This document shows, in pieces, positions 30,559 through 40,506 of a DNA stretch of 64,000 nt. The stretch comes from Lachnospiraceae bacterium UBA7093 (lineage in GTDB: Bacteria; Bacillota; Clostridia; Lachnospirales; Lachnospiraceae): positions 40,815-104,814 of the forward strand of contig DKYT01000019.1 in the NCBI GenBank assembly GCA_002492465.1, written 5' to 3'. Within the stretch, counting starts at the first letter, position 1; each line of letters starts with the position of its first letter. The notes below the pieces were generated by a model. The model saw only the letters and a program-made list of their open reading frames with translations. It ran no database searches and was not told where the DNA came from. The position numbers and the translations under genes were made by a program.

Positions 30559-31956
30559 ATGAATAAAAAAGCGTGGGAATACGGAAGAGAAATTATTGAA
30601 AGGGAAAGACCTTTTCCGGAGCGTGCCGGGCGCGTTTTGTGGGATGATGTGATCAGAGACGGAAAAAGGGATTTGGATAATATGAAATATCTCTGGGGCG
30701 GAAACGTCACGGAATCCTTACTGCCCTTGTTTTTCATTGCAGTGTACGTACAGGAATACGGAAATCTGGGATATGATGTGACCAAAGCGGAGGCGATGAT
30801 CGAGGAAGGTCGGGAGCTTGCAAGGGTGAAAAATGATATTGCCCTTTACAGGCATACCTGCAGGCTTCTGAAAACTTTGTTTGACTCTCCTAAAAAGGAA
30901 GACCACGAGCACTGGAGCTATACGGAGTATAACACCTTTGAACAATATGCCGCAGCGGTAAAGTTCCCGGAATATGAGCCTTATACCCCTGACAGGAAAG
31001 AGCTGTTTGATAAGATCTATGCAGGATGGGTGGCTCAGGTCTGCGCAGGGGCAATCGGAACAGCGATTGAGGGATATCACACTAAGGCGTTGGAGGAGGT
31101 GTACGGAACAGTAGACCGTTACATCAAAGATCCTGAAATGTATAACGACGATCTTACCTTTGAGCTTGCTTTTTTGGAAACCTTTATCAGAAAAGGTTAT
31201 GAGTTGACGGCTACCGATGTGGCGGAGGACTGGGCGGCAAGGCTTCCCTTTGCTTTTACAGCAGAAGGGATTGCCCTTAAAAATATTAAAAACGGAATTT
31301 ATCCGCCGGAAAGCGGTAAATTCCGGAATCCTTTCAGGGAATTGATCGGCGCGCAAATGCGGGGCGGCATCTGCGGCATGGCGGCGCCAGGGGATCCTTA
31401 TATGGCGGCAAAGCTTGCCTGGGAGGACGCCATTGTTTCCCATCACAATAACGGTGTGCTTGGAGAAATATTTAACGCGGTTATGGTTTCCCTTGCCTTT
31501 ATCAAAAAGGATATGCGGGAAATCTGCCGGGAGGCAATTGATCTGATACCCAGGGACAGCGAATACTATACAGTTGTGACGTATGCCTGGAAGGCATGTG
31601 AAAAATACGGAAGCTGGAGAGAGGCATGGCTGGATTGTGACGAGAAGTATAAGGAATTTTGTTGGATCCACGCTTATCCCAATGCCTGTGCGGAAGTAGT
31701 TGCCCTGTATTTTTGTGACAATGACTATGATAAGCTGGTAAATCTGATTGCCATGTGCGGATTGGATTCCGATTGTAACGCCGCTCAGGTGGCAAATATT
31801 CTTGCAGTGGCACAGGGAAAAGAGTGCATTGGAGAAAAGTGGACCGATCCCATAGGGGACTATATGGAAACCTATGTAAGGGGGATGGAAATCGTGAAAT
31901 TTAAGATTCTGGCAGAAAAAACAGTGGACGCAGTTTTAAAAGCAAAAAAGGAGTAA
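30559..31956 (+). CDS. ADP-ribosylglycohydrolase-family protein 1
   Basis: GAIGTAIEG, YNDDLTFE, IGAQMR, SHHNNGVLGE, GLDSDCNAA (DraG/ARH metal-binding DD and DxD motifs). Confidence 0.85.
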   Translation: MNKKAWEYGREIIERERPFPERAGRVLWDDVIRDGKRDLDNMKYLWGGNVTESLLPLFFIAVYVQEYGNLGYDVTKAEAMIEEGRELARVKNDIALYRHTCRLLKTLFDSPKKEDHEHWSYTEYNTFEQYAAAVKFPEYEPYTPDRKELFDKIYAGWVAQVCAGAIGTAIEGYHTKALEEVYGTVDRYIKDPEMYNDDLTFELAFLETFIRKGYELTATDVAEDWAARLPFAFTAEGIALKNIKNGIYPPESGKFRNPFRELIGAQMRGGICGMAAPGDPYMAAKLAWEDAIVSHHNNGVLGEIFNAVMVSLAFIKKDMREICREAIDLIPRDSEYYTVVTYAWKACEKYGSWREAWLDCDEKYKEFCWIHAYPNACAEVVALYFCDNDYDKLVNLIAMCGLDSDCNAAQVANILAVAQGKECIGEKWTDPIGDYMETYVRGMEIVKFKILAEKTVDAVLKAKKE

Positions 31957-31962
31957 AAGGTT

Positions 31963-33375
31963 ATGAAAGCATGGGAGTACACGTATGAAAAAACACAAAG
32001 CGCCGTTCCTGTATTGCAGAAGGAAGAGGAAAAGGAGTGGACAGATCAAAAGGTCAGTATAGGGGATATTGATATTGAAGAGACAAGGATCCGCTGGGCG
32101 ACCCAGGTACCTGGCAGCAGGGCGCCTGACTATGTTATGATCGGAGGAATTCAGGCGACGGAAAATATGGGCTATGATGTAAGGGAAGCGGAGGAAATGA
32201 TTCCCCTGATCCAAAAGGCTTATGATGAGAAGGATCATGTGGAATTTCTGAAGCTGACTTCTAAGCTGTTTCATCTGCTTGCCACGTCGCCTAAGAAGGA
32301 GGGGCATCCTTACTGGGGCTACCGGTATTATGAGTCCTTTGAGGATCACAGAGGAGAGGTGACCTTTCCTGTTTATAAGCTCCCTGCCTACACGGAGGAA
32401 GAGCTGTTTGAAAAAATTCATGCAGGCTGGCAAGGGCAGATTGCAGGAGCGGCATTGGGCACGATCATCGAAGGCTACAGCAGTAACCAGTTGAAAAGGG
32501 CGTTTGGAGATATTCAGGGTTATTTAAGGGAGCCCAGCACCTACAATGACGATGTGTTATTTGAGCTTGCCTTTCTGGAGGCATATTTAAAAAAGGGCAA
32601 GAATGTTACCTCAGAGGATATCGGACTGGAGTGGGTAGGAAGAATCGAATATACCTGGAGCGCGGAGGAAGCCGCTTTTAAAAACCTGAAAAGAGGAATT
32701 TTCCCACCCATGTCCGCCACCTTAAACAATCCCTGGAGAGAATGGATCGGCGCGCAGATGAGAGGATCTATCTGCGGAATGGTAGCGCCGGGAAATCCGG
32801 AACTGGCGGCAAGGCTTGCCTGGACAGACGGGACAGTTTCCCATGTAAACAACGGCGTTTTGGGGGAAGCATTTAACGCAATTTTAGTATCCCTCGCCTA
32901 TGTGGAAGACAACGTAAAAGAGATTTTGAAAAAAGCGGTGGAACTGATGCCGGGAAAAAGTCAGTACTATTCGGTGGTCAAATTTGCATGGGATGTCTGT
33001 GAGGAAGCTGGCTGCTGGGGGGACGCCTGGCAGAAATGTGAGGAGAAATTTAAAAGATATAATTGGATCCATACATATCCCAATGCGGCGGCGGAAGTGG
33101 TGTCTCTTTATTTCGGAGAAAATGATTTTGACCGATGCATGCATATCTGCGCAATGTGCGGTCAGGATGTAGACTGCAATGCAGGTCAGATCGGTACGGT
33201 TTACGGCATCATGCAGGGCTATAAAGGCATTCATAAAAAGTGGACGGATCCTTTTAAGGACAGATTCGACAGTCTTTTCAGAGGCTATGAACACACGACT
33301 CTATCGTATTTGGCGAAGCTGGTGCAAAAGGCGGTGGGGCTTATGGAGGAACAGGAGGAAAAGCGTGAAATTTGA
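31963..33375 (+). CDS. ADP-ribosylglycohydrolase-family protein 2
   Basis: GAALGTIIEG, YNDDVLFE, IGAQMR, SHVNNGVLGE, GQDVDCNAG; clear paralog of the previous gene. Confidence 0.85.
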   Translation: MKAWEYTYEKTQSAVPVLQKEEEKEWTDQKVSIGDIDIEETRIRWATQVPGSRAPDYVMIGGIQATENMGYDVREAEEMIPLIQKAYDEKDHVEFLKLTSKLFHLLATSPKKEGHPYWGYRYYESFEDHRGEVTFPVYKLPAYTEEELFEKIHAGWQGQIAGAALGTIIEGYSSNQLKRAFGDIQGYLREPSTYNDDVLFELAFLEAYLKKGKNVTSEDIGLEWVGRIEYTWSAEEAAFKNLKRGIFPPMSATLNNPWREWIGAQMRGSICGMVAPGNPELAARLAWTDGTVSHVNNGVLGEAFNAILVSLAYVEDNVKEILKKAVELMPGKSQYYSVVKFAWDVCEEAGCWGDAWQKCEEKFKRYNWIHTYPNAAAEVVSLYFGENDFDRCMHICAMCGQDVDCNAGQIGTVYGIMQGYKGIHKKWTDPFKDRFDSLFRGYEHTTLSYLAKLVQKAVGLMEEQEEKREI

Positions 33376-34003
33376 TAGAAAAAACCTGGCAAGAAAATTG
33401 GTGGTGGCGATGCTGGGGCTTATGATCTGCGGAATTGGAGTCGGTATCTTTTTGTACAGCGGTCTGGGGGTGGATCCGGCAAGCGTATTTGAGCTGGGCG
33501 TTGCAAAGGTTTTTCATATTACTTACGGAACAGCTTCGGCGGCAATCAACGTGATAATTCTTGTCATCGTGTTTTTCCTGGACAAATCCTATATCAATAT
33601 ATCCTCCCTTCTTGCAATTTTCGGGATCGGATATACGGCGGATTTCACCAATTTTATTTTGGGGCTGTTTTTGAAAGGCGAGCAGCATCTTGCAGTGAGG
33701 GTCATAATGATTATAATTGGTCTGCTGGTTATGAGCGCAGGAATTGCGGCATACATAAGAGCAGATCTGGGAGTGGGCGCCATCGATTTGATTTCTGAAA
33801 TCACCAGCAATAAATTAAAAGTGTCTTACAGAGGAGTGCGGATCGCGGCGGACATTACATTTGTCATTGTAGGCTTTCTGCTGGGGGGAGCTGTTGGAAT
33901 CGGAACCCTGCTCGCAGCATTTATGACCGGACCCTCCGTACAGTTCCTGCGTCCCTACGTTTATAAGGTAACAGACAAAATATTGAAAAAGGAGCGGCAG
34001 TGA
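33365..34003 (+). CDS. YczE/YitT-like membrane protein
   Basis: Internal repeat SGLGVDP / ADLGVGAID, GGAVGIGT. GTG 33365 overlaps the upstream stop. Confidence 0.8.
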   Translation: MKFDRKNLARKLVVAMLGLMICGIGVGIFLYSGLGVDPASVFELGVAKVFHITYGTASAAINVIILVIVFFLDKSYINISSLLAIFGIGYTADFTNFILGLFLKGEQHLAVRVIMIIIGLLVMSAGIAAYIRADLGVGAIDLISEITSNKLKVSYRGVRIAADITFVIVGFLLGGAVGIGTLLAAFMTGPSVQFLRPYVYKVTDKILKKERQ

Positions 34004-34124
34004 GGCATTGGCGGAAAGAGCAGAGGCAAAGAGTCTTTATGTAGAAAAAAATGGATAAGCGTTGTATAATAAAAAACAACCATCTATTTTATGTGGAAAT
34101 GAATACCAGAGAACAGAGGAAAAT

Positions 34125-36026
34125 ATGAACATAAAAGACATCGCAAAGCTATGCGGAGTATCTCCGTCCACAGTCTCAAAGATTCTCCATAATAAGGATT
34201 CTGACATCAGCGTTGAAACAAGAAAAAAGGTGCTGGAGATCATCAAAAAATATCAGTATGTGCCTTATTCCAAAGTGATCAACAGCGCTTCGCCTAAAAC
34301 CAATATGATTGGGGTACTGGTTTCGGGGGGCAGCTATGAAGTACAGCAGTTTCTTTACGCCATAGAGGGGGCTGCCGCCAGAGAAGGCTACAGCGTTATT
34401 CTTTGCAACACCGGAGGGGAAAAAGAAAATATAGATAAATATTGCCGCATCCTTGAAAATAAAGGAGTAGACGGCATTATTTCCATATGCCAGAAGGAGG
34501 AGCTGCCGGAAGAGCTTAAGGCGGCGCAGGTACAGATCCTGGATGGGAAAAATGAAAATCATAAAAGCGCTGCGGCAGATGTCTGTTTTGAAATGCAGGA
34601 GGCAGGCTATAGAGCTGCAAACTATTTATTGGAAAAAGGACACAGGAAAATAGCATGCCTTTTGAGAAAAGAAGACGCTGACATTGAGGCAGGTTTTTTA
34701 CTTGCTTATAAGGAATGGTTTATTTCGCCGGAAAAAGAATGGGTCTTTTTTGGCAGCAATGAGGATATTACGAATATCGGCATTGCCAAATGCCTGAACG
34801 AGGATGTGACGGCTGTCATTTGCGGGGATTTGGAGATAGGAAATATTCTTTACGGGAAGCTGAGAGAGAGAGGCGATACCATACCCAACAAGATTTCTGT
34901 GATCAGCGTAAGAGATCATAAGATGGCTGAAATGGTCTATCCGCAAATGACGGCAGTACATATTCCCGCTAAGGAGATCGGGGAGGCGGCTGTAAATGCC
35001 CTGATTGAGATTGTGGAAGGCAGAAAACCGGCTTATGAATGCAGGAAAAAAATTGAGCTCAGGATCAATGAGAGAGGAAGCGTCATGAAGCCGGCAGATC
35101 ACGATCAGGGAGGAAAGATCGTGGTGGTAGGAAGTATGAATATGGATTGTATCATCAACGTTTCCCATATTCCCACAGGCGGAGAAACCGTCAGAAGCGG
35201 CAATATTGTATCTCTTCCGGGAGGAAAGGGGGCGAACCAGGCAGTAGGCGCAGGCAGGCTGGAAGGGCTTGTATATATGATCGGAAGGCTGGGAAATGAC
35301 AGCGACGGAAAGGTAATATACAACAGCCTGGTAAGCAGCGGCGTACATACCGACGGCGTGGTGTTTGATGAAAGTGTGCCTACCGGAAAGGCATATATCA
35401 ATGTGGCGCCTGACGGAGAAAGCACCATTGTCATTTACAGCGGAGCCAATGAAAAGCTGGACAGAAGCCAGGTGAAGCAGTTTGAGCAGCTGTTGGACGA
35501 CGCGGCATACTGCCTTTTGAACCTGGAGATTGCGGAAGAAACGGTGGAATATACCATACAGAAATGTAAAAAGAAAAAGATAGAAGTCATTTTAAAACCC
35601 TCTTCTGTGGAGAAAATGAAAGAAAGCCTGTTTGAGAACATCGATTATTTTATACCAAACGAGAAAGAAGTAAAACAGTTGATTCCGGGGGATACCAGTA
35701 TAGAAGAAAAAGCGGATATCCTGCTTTCTAAGGGCGTGAAAAATGTGATTATTACCTTGGGACATAAGGGATGCTATTTGAAGAATGCCCGATATGAACG
35801 ACATTTTCCAGCGGCGGATTTTTATCCTCTGGACACTACCGGAGCGGCGGATGCTTTTATCAGCGCCTTTGCGGTGGCGTTAAGCGAGGGTAATGATATT
35901 TTGTATGCGGTAGGATTTGCTACCTATGCGGCAGGCGTGAGCATTACAAGGCAGGGAGTTCAGCCGGCGATGGTGGACCGGAAGGGGCTTGCCCTGTATC
36001 AGGAGGAAATAAACGGATTTTCCTGA
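34125..36026 (+). CDS. LacI-family regulator fused to a ribokinase-like domain
   Basis: MNIKDIAKLCGVSPSTVSKIL HTH, LacI core, then GSMNMD, GGKGANQA, PNEKE, DTTGAADAF. Confidence 0.9.
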   Translation: MNIKDIAKLCGVSPSTVSKILHNKDSDISVETRKKVLEIIKKYQYVPYSKVINSASPKTNMIGVLVSGGSYEVQQFLYAIEGAAAREGYSVILCNTGGEKENIDKYCRILENKGVDGIISICQKEELPEELKAAQVQILDGKNENHKSAAADVCFEMQEAGYRAANYLLEKGHRKIACLLRKEDADIEAGFLLAYKEWFISPEKEWVFFGSNEDITNIGIAKCLNEDVTAVICGDLEIGNILYGKLRERGDTIPNKISVISVRDHKMAEMVYPQMTAVHIPAKEIGEAAVNALIEIVEGRKPAYECRKKIELRINERGSVMKPADHDQGGKIVVVGSMNMDCIINVSHIPTGGETVRSGNIVSLPGGKGANQAVGAGRLEGLVYMIGRLGNDSDGKVIYNSLVSSGVHTDGVVFDESVPTGKAYINVAPDGESTIVIYSGANEKLDRSQVKQFEQLLDDAAYCLLNLEIAEETVEYTIQKCKKKKIEVILKPSSVEKMKESLFENIDYFIPNEKEVKQLIPGDTSIEEKADILLSKGVKNVIITLGHKGCYLKNARYERHFPAADFYPLDTTGAADAFISAFAVALSEGNDILYAVGFATYAAGVSITRQGVQPAMVDRKGLALYQEEINGFS

Positions 36027-36040
36027 GAGGGGATGTTTTG

Positions 36041-36075
36041 AAAACGCAGGGCAATATCACATTGCCCTGCGTTTT
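36041..36075. terminator. Bidirectional intrinsic terminator
   Basis: AAAACGCAGGGCAAT-ATCAC-ATTGCCCTGCGTTTT between convergent genes. Confidence 0.85.
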
Positions 36076-36076
36076 T

Positions 36077-37525
36077 CTAACTCATCTGATCCAGTAATTC
36101 AATTTTGATATCGTAAAGTTGTTTGGATAAGTCCACGTACACTTTATGAGGATTGACAAAACGCCGGGTTTCATCCCATAGGGTGTTCAGTTCCTGCTGG
36201 CAGTAGGAGCGGATATCCATTACTTTTGGAGAGTCATAGCAACATACGCCCTTTTGGAAAACGGGTACCATAAGCTCACGCAGAGAGAAGGTTCCCGGGG
36301 CAAGCTTTGTTTTTTTCCAGGGCTCAAGAGGATCAAACAAAAGCAGAGGTTCTTCTTCCCGAAAGGTTTCGCCTACCAGGCAGATGAGATCGGCTTTGAT
36401 CTTGCCGCTTTCCTTTTCATAAACCCGGTAAATGGTCTTATTGCCCGGGTTGGTTATTTTTTCTGTGTTTTCTGACAGCTTGATCTTAGGGATAAAGTCT
36501 CCCTTTTCATCCATGATTGCCGCTAATTTGTAAACGCCGCCAAAGGCAGGGTTATCTTTTGCGGTGATCAGATTGGTTCCCACGCCCCAGGAGGTAATTG
36601 CCGCCCCCTGTGCCTTCAAAGATTCAATGAGATATTCATCCAGATCATTGGAGGCGGAAATAACCGCATCGGGAAAACCTGCGGCATCCAGCATTTTCCG
36701 CGCTTTCTTGGAAAGGTAGGCAAGGTCGCCGCTGTCTAGGCGGATGCCGTAGAAGGTAAGAGGAATGCCTGCCGCCCGCATTTCCTGAAAGACCCGGATG
36801 GCGTTGGGGACGCCGGATTTTAAGGTGTCGTAGGTGTCCACCAGCAAGATGCAGGCGGAGGGGTAGAGATCCGCATAGGCTTTAAATGCGGTGTACTCGT
36901 CGGGAAAGCTCATAATCCAGCTGTGAGCATGGGTTCCTTTTACGGGAACGTCAAAAAGCTGACCGCAAAGCACGTTAGAGGTACCGATGCACCCACCGAT
37001 CACTGCGGCTCTTGCGCCGTAAATGCCGGCGTCAGGTCCCTGGGCGCGTCTCAGCCCGAATTCCATAATGCCGTCGCCCTTTGCTGCATAGCAGACTCTT
37101 GCCGCCTTGGTTGCAATCAGACTTTGGTGGTTGATAATATTGAGAATTGCCGTTTCTACAAGCTGCGCTTCCATAATGGGGGCAATCACCTTCACAAGCG
37201 GCTCCCTGGGAAAGACCACGGTTCCTTCCGGAATGGCGTAAATGTCGCCGGAAAATTTGAAGTCTGCAAGGTAACTTAGAAAATCCTCATCAAAGATGTG
37301 CAGGCTGCGAAGATAATCAATGTCCTGGGGGGAAAAATGAAGCTCTTTAATGTATGCAATCAATTGCTCCAAGCCCGCGGCAATTGCATAACCGCCGCCA
37401 CAGGGATTGTTTCGGTAAAAGGCATCGAAAATGACAGTTTCATTGCAATCTTTATGCCTGAAATAGCCCTGCATCATAGTAAGCTCGTAAAGGTCTGTGA
37501 GTAAGGTGAGATTTTGTCTGTCCAT
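36077..37525 (-). CDS. pncB: Nicotinate phosphoribosyltransferase
   Basis: LLTDLYELTM, EFGLRRAQG, GTHAHSW, LVDTYDT, GIRLDSGDL, GGVYKL. Confidence 0.95.
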   Translation of the reverse strand: MDRQNLTLLTDLYELTMMQGYFRHKDCNETVIFDAFYRNNPCGGGYAIAAGLEQLIAYIKELHFSPQDIDYLRSLHIFDEDFLSYLADFKFSGDIYAIPEGTVVFPREPLVKVIAPIMEAQLVETAILNIINHQSLIATKAARVCYAAKGDGIMEFGLRRAQGPDAGIYGARAAVIGGCIGTSNVLCGQLFDVPVKGTHAHSWIMSFPDEYTAFKAYADLYPSACILLVDTYDTLKSGVPNAIRVFQEMRAAGIPLTFYGIRLDSGDLAYLSKKARKMLDAAGFPDAVISASNDLDEYLIESLKAQGAAITSWGVGTNLITAKDNPAFGGVYKLAAIMDEKGDFIPKIKLSENTEKITNPGNKTIYRVYEKESGKIKADLICLVGETFREEEPLLLFDPLEPWKKTKLAPGTFSLRELMVPVFQKGVCCYDSPKVMDIRSYCQQELNTLWDETRRFVNPHKVYVDLSKQLYDIKIELLDQMS

Positions 37526-37536
37526 GGAATTCTCCT

Positions 37537-38784
37537 TTAAAAATAATCTGAAAAATAAGGTTTCTCAACGGGAATCAATCGCTCCAGCCAGGTCAACATA
37601 TAGTATTCAGTCTGGATTTTTTCGTGTTCATAGAGATAAGAGGGACGCTTGTATCCCATCATCATAGCGGTCAGGGTGTTCACATCCAACTCAACCACAT
37701 TGATAGACTGGTTGTTTTCAACCTGCTCGCAGACGGTTTCGCCGTCATGCCAGGAAACCATGTAATCGCCCTGATTCCAGGGCGCCATTTCATCGTGCAC
37801 TTTAAAATGTATTTTGAAATCCTCAGGCTGTGTCTGATAAGGATAATCCTCCAAAAAATCCCGCACATTGATAATCCTTGCCATAATATACGGGGAAATG
37901 GTTTCAGTAATCTCGCTGTCCTCAAAAAGATATGCCATAGGTTCGCCGGAATAGTTATCCCCCTGCACCTGCGTGATCATGGAGAAATGGGCGCTGATAT
38001 AATTCCAAAGACCGTAATTTGCCTCAATATTCAGATAAACCATTTCCTTGATATGAAAAATTTCATTGGCAATGTAATAGACTACATAACCCAAGGGCTT
38101 ATGTTCCTGGCTGTAATATACTGCGGCAATCATGTCGTCGTTATCCCAGCGCCAGTATTCATCCCAGGATAAGGCGTCCCGAATCAGACAACCGTGGCGC
38201 TGCAAGGAAAAATAGGAATGTACATTGTGATAATCTTCTGAATCCAGGCTGACACGCTCCACCATACCGGTAACCGGGCGTGCTTTGGGAAGCTGCGTAT
38301 CTTTGACGGTAAAGGACAATTTGTCTGACACGATTTCCCATCCCATTTTGCGATAAAAGGGAATGGAGTAGGGATAAAGAAAGGAAATCGGCATTCCCTG
38401 ATCGTGAATGTAGTTGAGGGCATGTTTCATCAAGGAGTGGATCAAACCTCTTCCGGTGTATTCGGGATAGGTGGCGACGCCTGTAATGCCGCCCATGTCC
38501 ATGATTTCATCGTGAATATTGACCTTCATGGAATAAACTACGATCATAGAGGCGAGACGGTCCTTGTAAAACCATCCTATTACATATGCCTCTTCCAGGA
38601 TGGGACGTTTGGCATATTTGATCTCTTCCTGCTTCCATCCGGTTTGAAACAGATCGTAGGAGGTTACCTGAAATGCGTATTGAAGCAGGGCGTTGAATTG
38701 TTCCAGGTCGCTTTTATCCAGCTCCCGCATGCGGAAATCTCCGTTGGTTTCAAGATAAATAGGTTCTTCTGCTTTGTTTGCCAT
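37537..38784 (-). CDS. Eis-like GNAT acetyltransferase with SCP2-like C-terminus
   Basis: GITGVATYPEYTGRGL, LYPYSIPFYRKMGWE, MARIINV, ends SDYF. Confidence 0.85.
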   Translation of the reverse strand: MANKAEEPIYLETNGDFRMRELDKSDLEQFNALLQYAFQVTSYDLFQTGWKQEEIKYAKRPILEEAYVIGWFYKDRLASMIVVYSMKVNIHDEIMDMGGITGVATYPEYTGRGLIHSLMKHALNYIHDQGMPISFLYPYSIPFYRKMGWEIVSDKLSFTVKDTQLPKARPVTGMVERVSLDSEDYHNVHSYFSLQRHGCLIRDALSWDEYWRWDNDDMIAAVYYSQEHKPLGYVVYYIANEIFHIKEMVYLNIEANYGLWNYISAHFSMITQVQGDNYSGEPMAYLFEDSEITETISPYIMARIINVRDFLEDYPYQTQPEDFKIHFKVHDEMAPWNQGDYMVSWHDGETVCEQVENNQSINVVELDVNTLTAMMMGYKRPSYLYEHEKIQTEYYMLTWLERLIPVEKPYFSDYF

Positions 38785-38889
38785 AAGTATGCGCCTTTCC
38801 GAAGCAGACAGAAAATGCAAGACCTGCTTCCTGTTTTATTTTACACCAGGAAAAAGGATGCGTCCATGGGTTTTGTGTTGAAAATGCGC

Positions 38890-40506
38890 TCAGGGTGTCA
38901 ACCGGGACTGATATTCGCTGGGGGACATGCCTTTGGTCTGCCTGAAAACATAGGAAAAGTGTTTTACGCTTACATACCCCACTTTTTCTACAATATCGTA
39001 AATTTTCATCTGGGGATTTTCCTTCATAAGCTGTATGGCATGGTCTATGCGCACACGGGTTAAATATTTGATATAGGATTCCCCCATTTCCCGGTGAAAC
39101 AGGGAACTTAAGTAATTTGGGGTAATGCCCAGTTCGTCTGCTACCAGAGTAAGGCTTAAGGGCTGTGCATAATTTGCAAGAATATAGCTTTTTGCCTCGG
39201 CAATCAGAAAGTTTTCATCTATACTTTTGGTATCGGGATTTTCTGAAAGGGTTAAAAGCTGGGCTATGGATAAAAAAAGCTTTAGGGCAGCTTCTCTGGT
39301 ATTGTCGGTATCCGCATCCGCCAGCTTTAATACCGCCTGCCCCCATATTTTTTTGTGTTCGGGAAATTCCCTGTCCCATTTGGAAAAAATGCTCGGGATC
39401 CAATGGAGACCAAAACGCAGAATTTCAGGTCTTGTATACTGCGGCATGAATGCCAATAGGGAGGAAAGAGCAAGTTCCTGATTGACCACATTGCGGTCGG
39501 AAATTGCCGCCCATAAGGAAGAAACGGCTTGATGCAGGGAAGCTGACTTCTGGCGGATCTCCGGCTTATAATCTGCGGTACTGTAAAAATTACCGGGTTT
39601 TAGAAAAACCTTCGCATTTAATACGGCAATAGATTGAGCGTAGGCTTTATCCGCTTCAAAAATATCGGTAAAGGGTTCGCTGACAACGGAAGAAAGAGAG
39701 AGCTTCATCTGATTTTGCAATACCTCTGAAACAATATGGTAAATATCTCTGGATTTTTGCAGTGCGGCGTCCGGGGTATCCGCGGAAAGTAAAACCACGG
39801 TATGATTAAAACGGTCCAACAGGGTCCAGACAGGATCCTGTTGGTTTTCGGAAATTTCCAGAACGATCTGATAAACCATGTACTGATATAGAGAAATATC
39901 CTGGATAGGCAGTTTACTTTCAAGTAAAAGATCCATATCCAGGTCAAACAGCAGCAATCGTGCCGGACCTTCCAGCAGGCTGATTTTCATACGATGTATA
40001 AGGGGATAGAGGGATCTTGTTTCCGGCTCTGCGCGGTCAATGACCGCTTTGATGAAACGCGCGGCAAGCTGTTTTTTTCCGTTCTCCGACATTTTAAGAA
40101 GGCGGGAATATGCCTGCATTTCTATTTTTTCTCTCTCCAGCAGTGTTTTTATTTGGGATAAGGATTTCTTCAGGTCGTCCAGGGAGATGGGTTTTAAAAG
40201 ATAGTCTCTCACGCCGTATTGGATTGCCTGTTGTGCAAATTTGAATTCATCGTAGCCGGAAAGTATCATGATTTTCTGGTTGGGGTAAAGCTCTTTCACT
40301 TTGCGGGAAAGTTCTAAACCGGTCATTTCCGGCATTTTAATGTCTGTGATAATGAGATCGCTTTGGTGATTGGAAAGCCATTCCAAGGCTTCTATTCCAT
40401 CGGAGCATAAGGCAGCGACCTGCCAATCAGGATCCTGCTGGGGAATGGTCATTTTAAGATATTCCAGGGTAAGCTTTTCATCGTCTACTAACATCACACT
40501 GTACAT
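38890..40506 (-). CDS. YesN-like response regulator (receiver + AraC HTH)
   Basis: LVDDE, ITDIKMP, LSGYDEF; C-terminal NYLSSLF...VGY...FSYVF...SPSEY. Confidence 0.92.
   Translation of the reverse strand: MYSVMLVDDEKLTLEYLKMTIPQQDPDWQVAALCSDGIEALEWLSNHQSDLIITDIKMPEMTGLELSRKVKELYPNQKIMILSGYDEFKFAQQAIQYGVRDYLLKPISLDDLKKSLSQIKTLLEREKIEMQAYSRLLKMSENGKKQLAARFIKAVIDRAEPETRSLYPLIHRMKISLLEGPARLLLFDLDMDLLLESKLPIQDISLYQYMVYQIVLEISENQQDPVWTLLDRFNHTVVLLSADTPDAALQKSRDIYHIVSEVLQNQMKLSLSSVVSEPFTDIFEADKAYAQSIAVLNAKVFLKPGNFYSTADYKPEIRQKSASLHQAVSSLWAAISDRNVVNQELALSSLLAFMPQYTRPEILRFGLHWIPSIFSKWDREFPEHKKIWGQAVLKLADADTDNTREAALKLFLSIAQLLTLSENPDTKSIDENFLIAEAKSYILANYAQPLSLTLVADELGITPNYLSSLFHREMGESYIKYLTRVRIDHAIQLMKENPQMKIYDIVEKVGYVSVKHFSYVFRQTKGMSPSEYQSRLTP

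Noticed and set aside
33179-33364. Long N-terminal extension of the YczE-like ORF
   Set aside because: It overlaps the upstream hydrolase gene; GTG 33365 with a GAGG RBS is the more plausible start.
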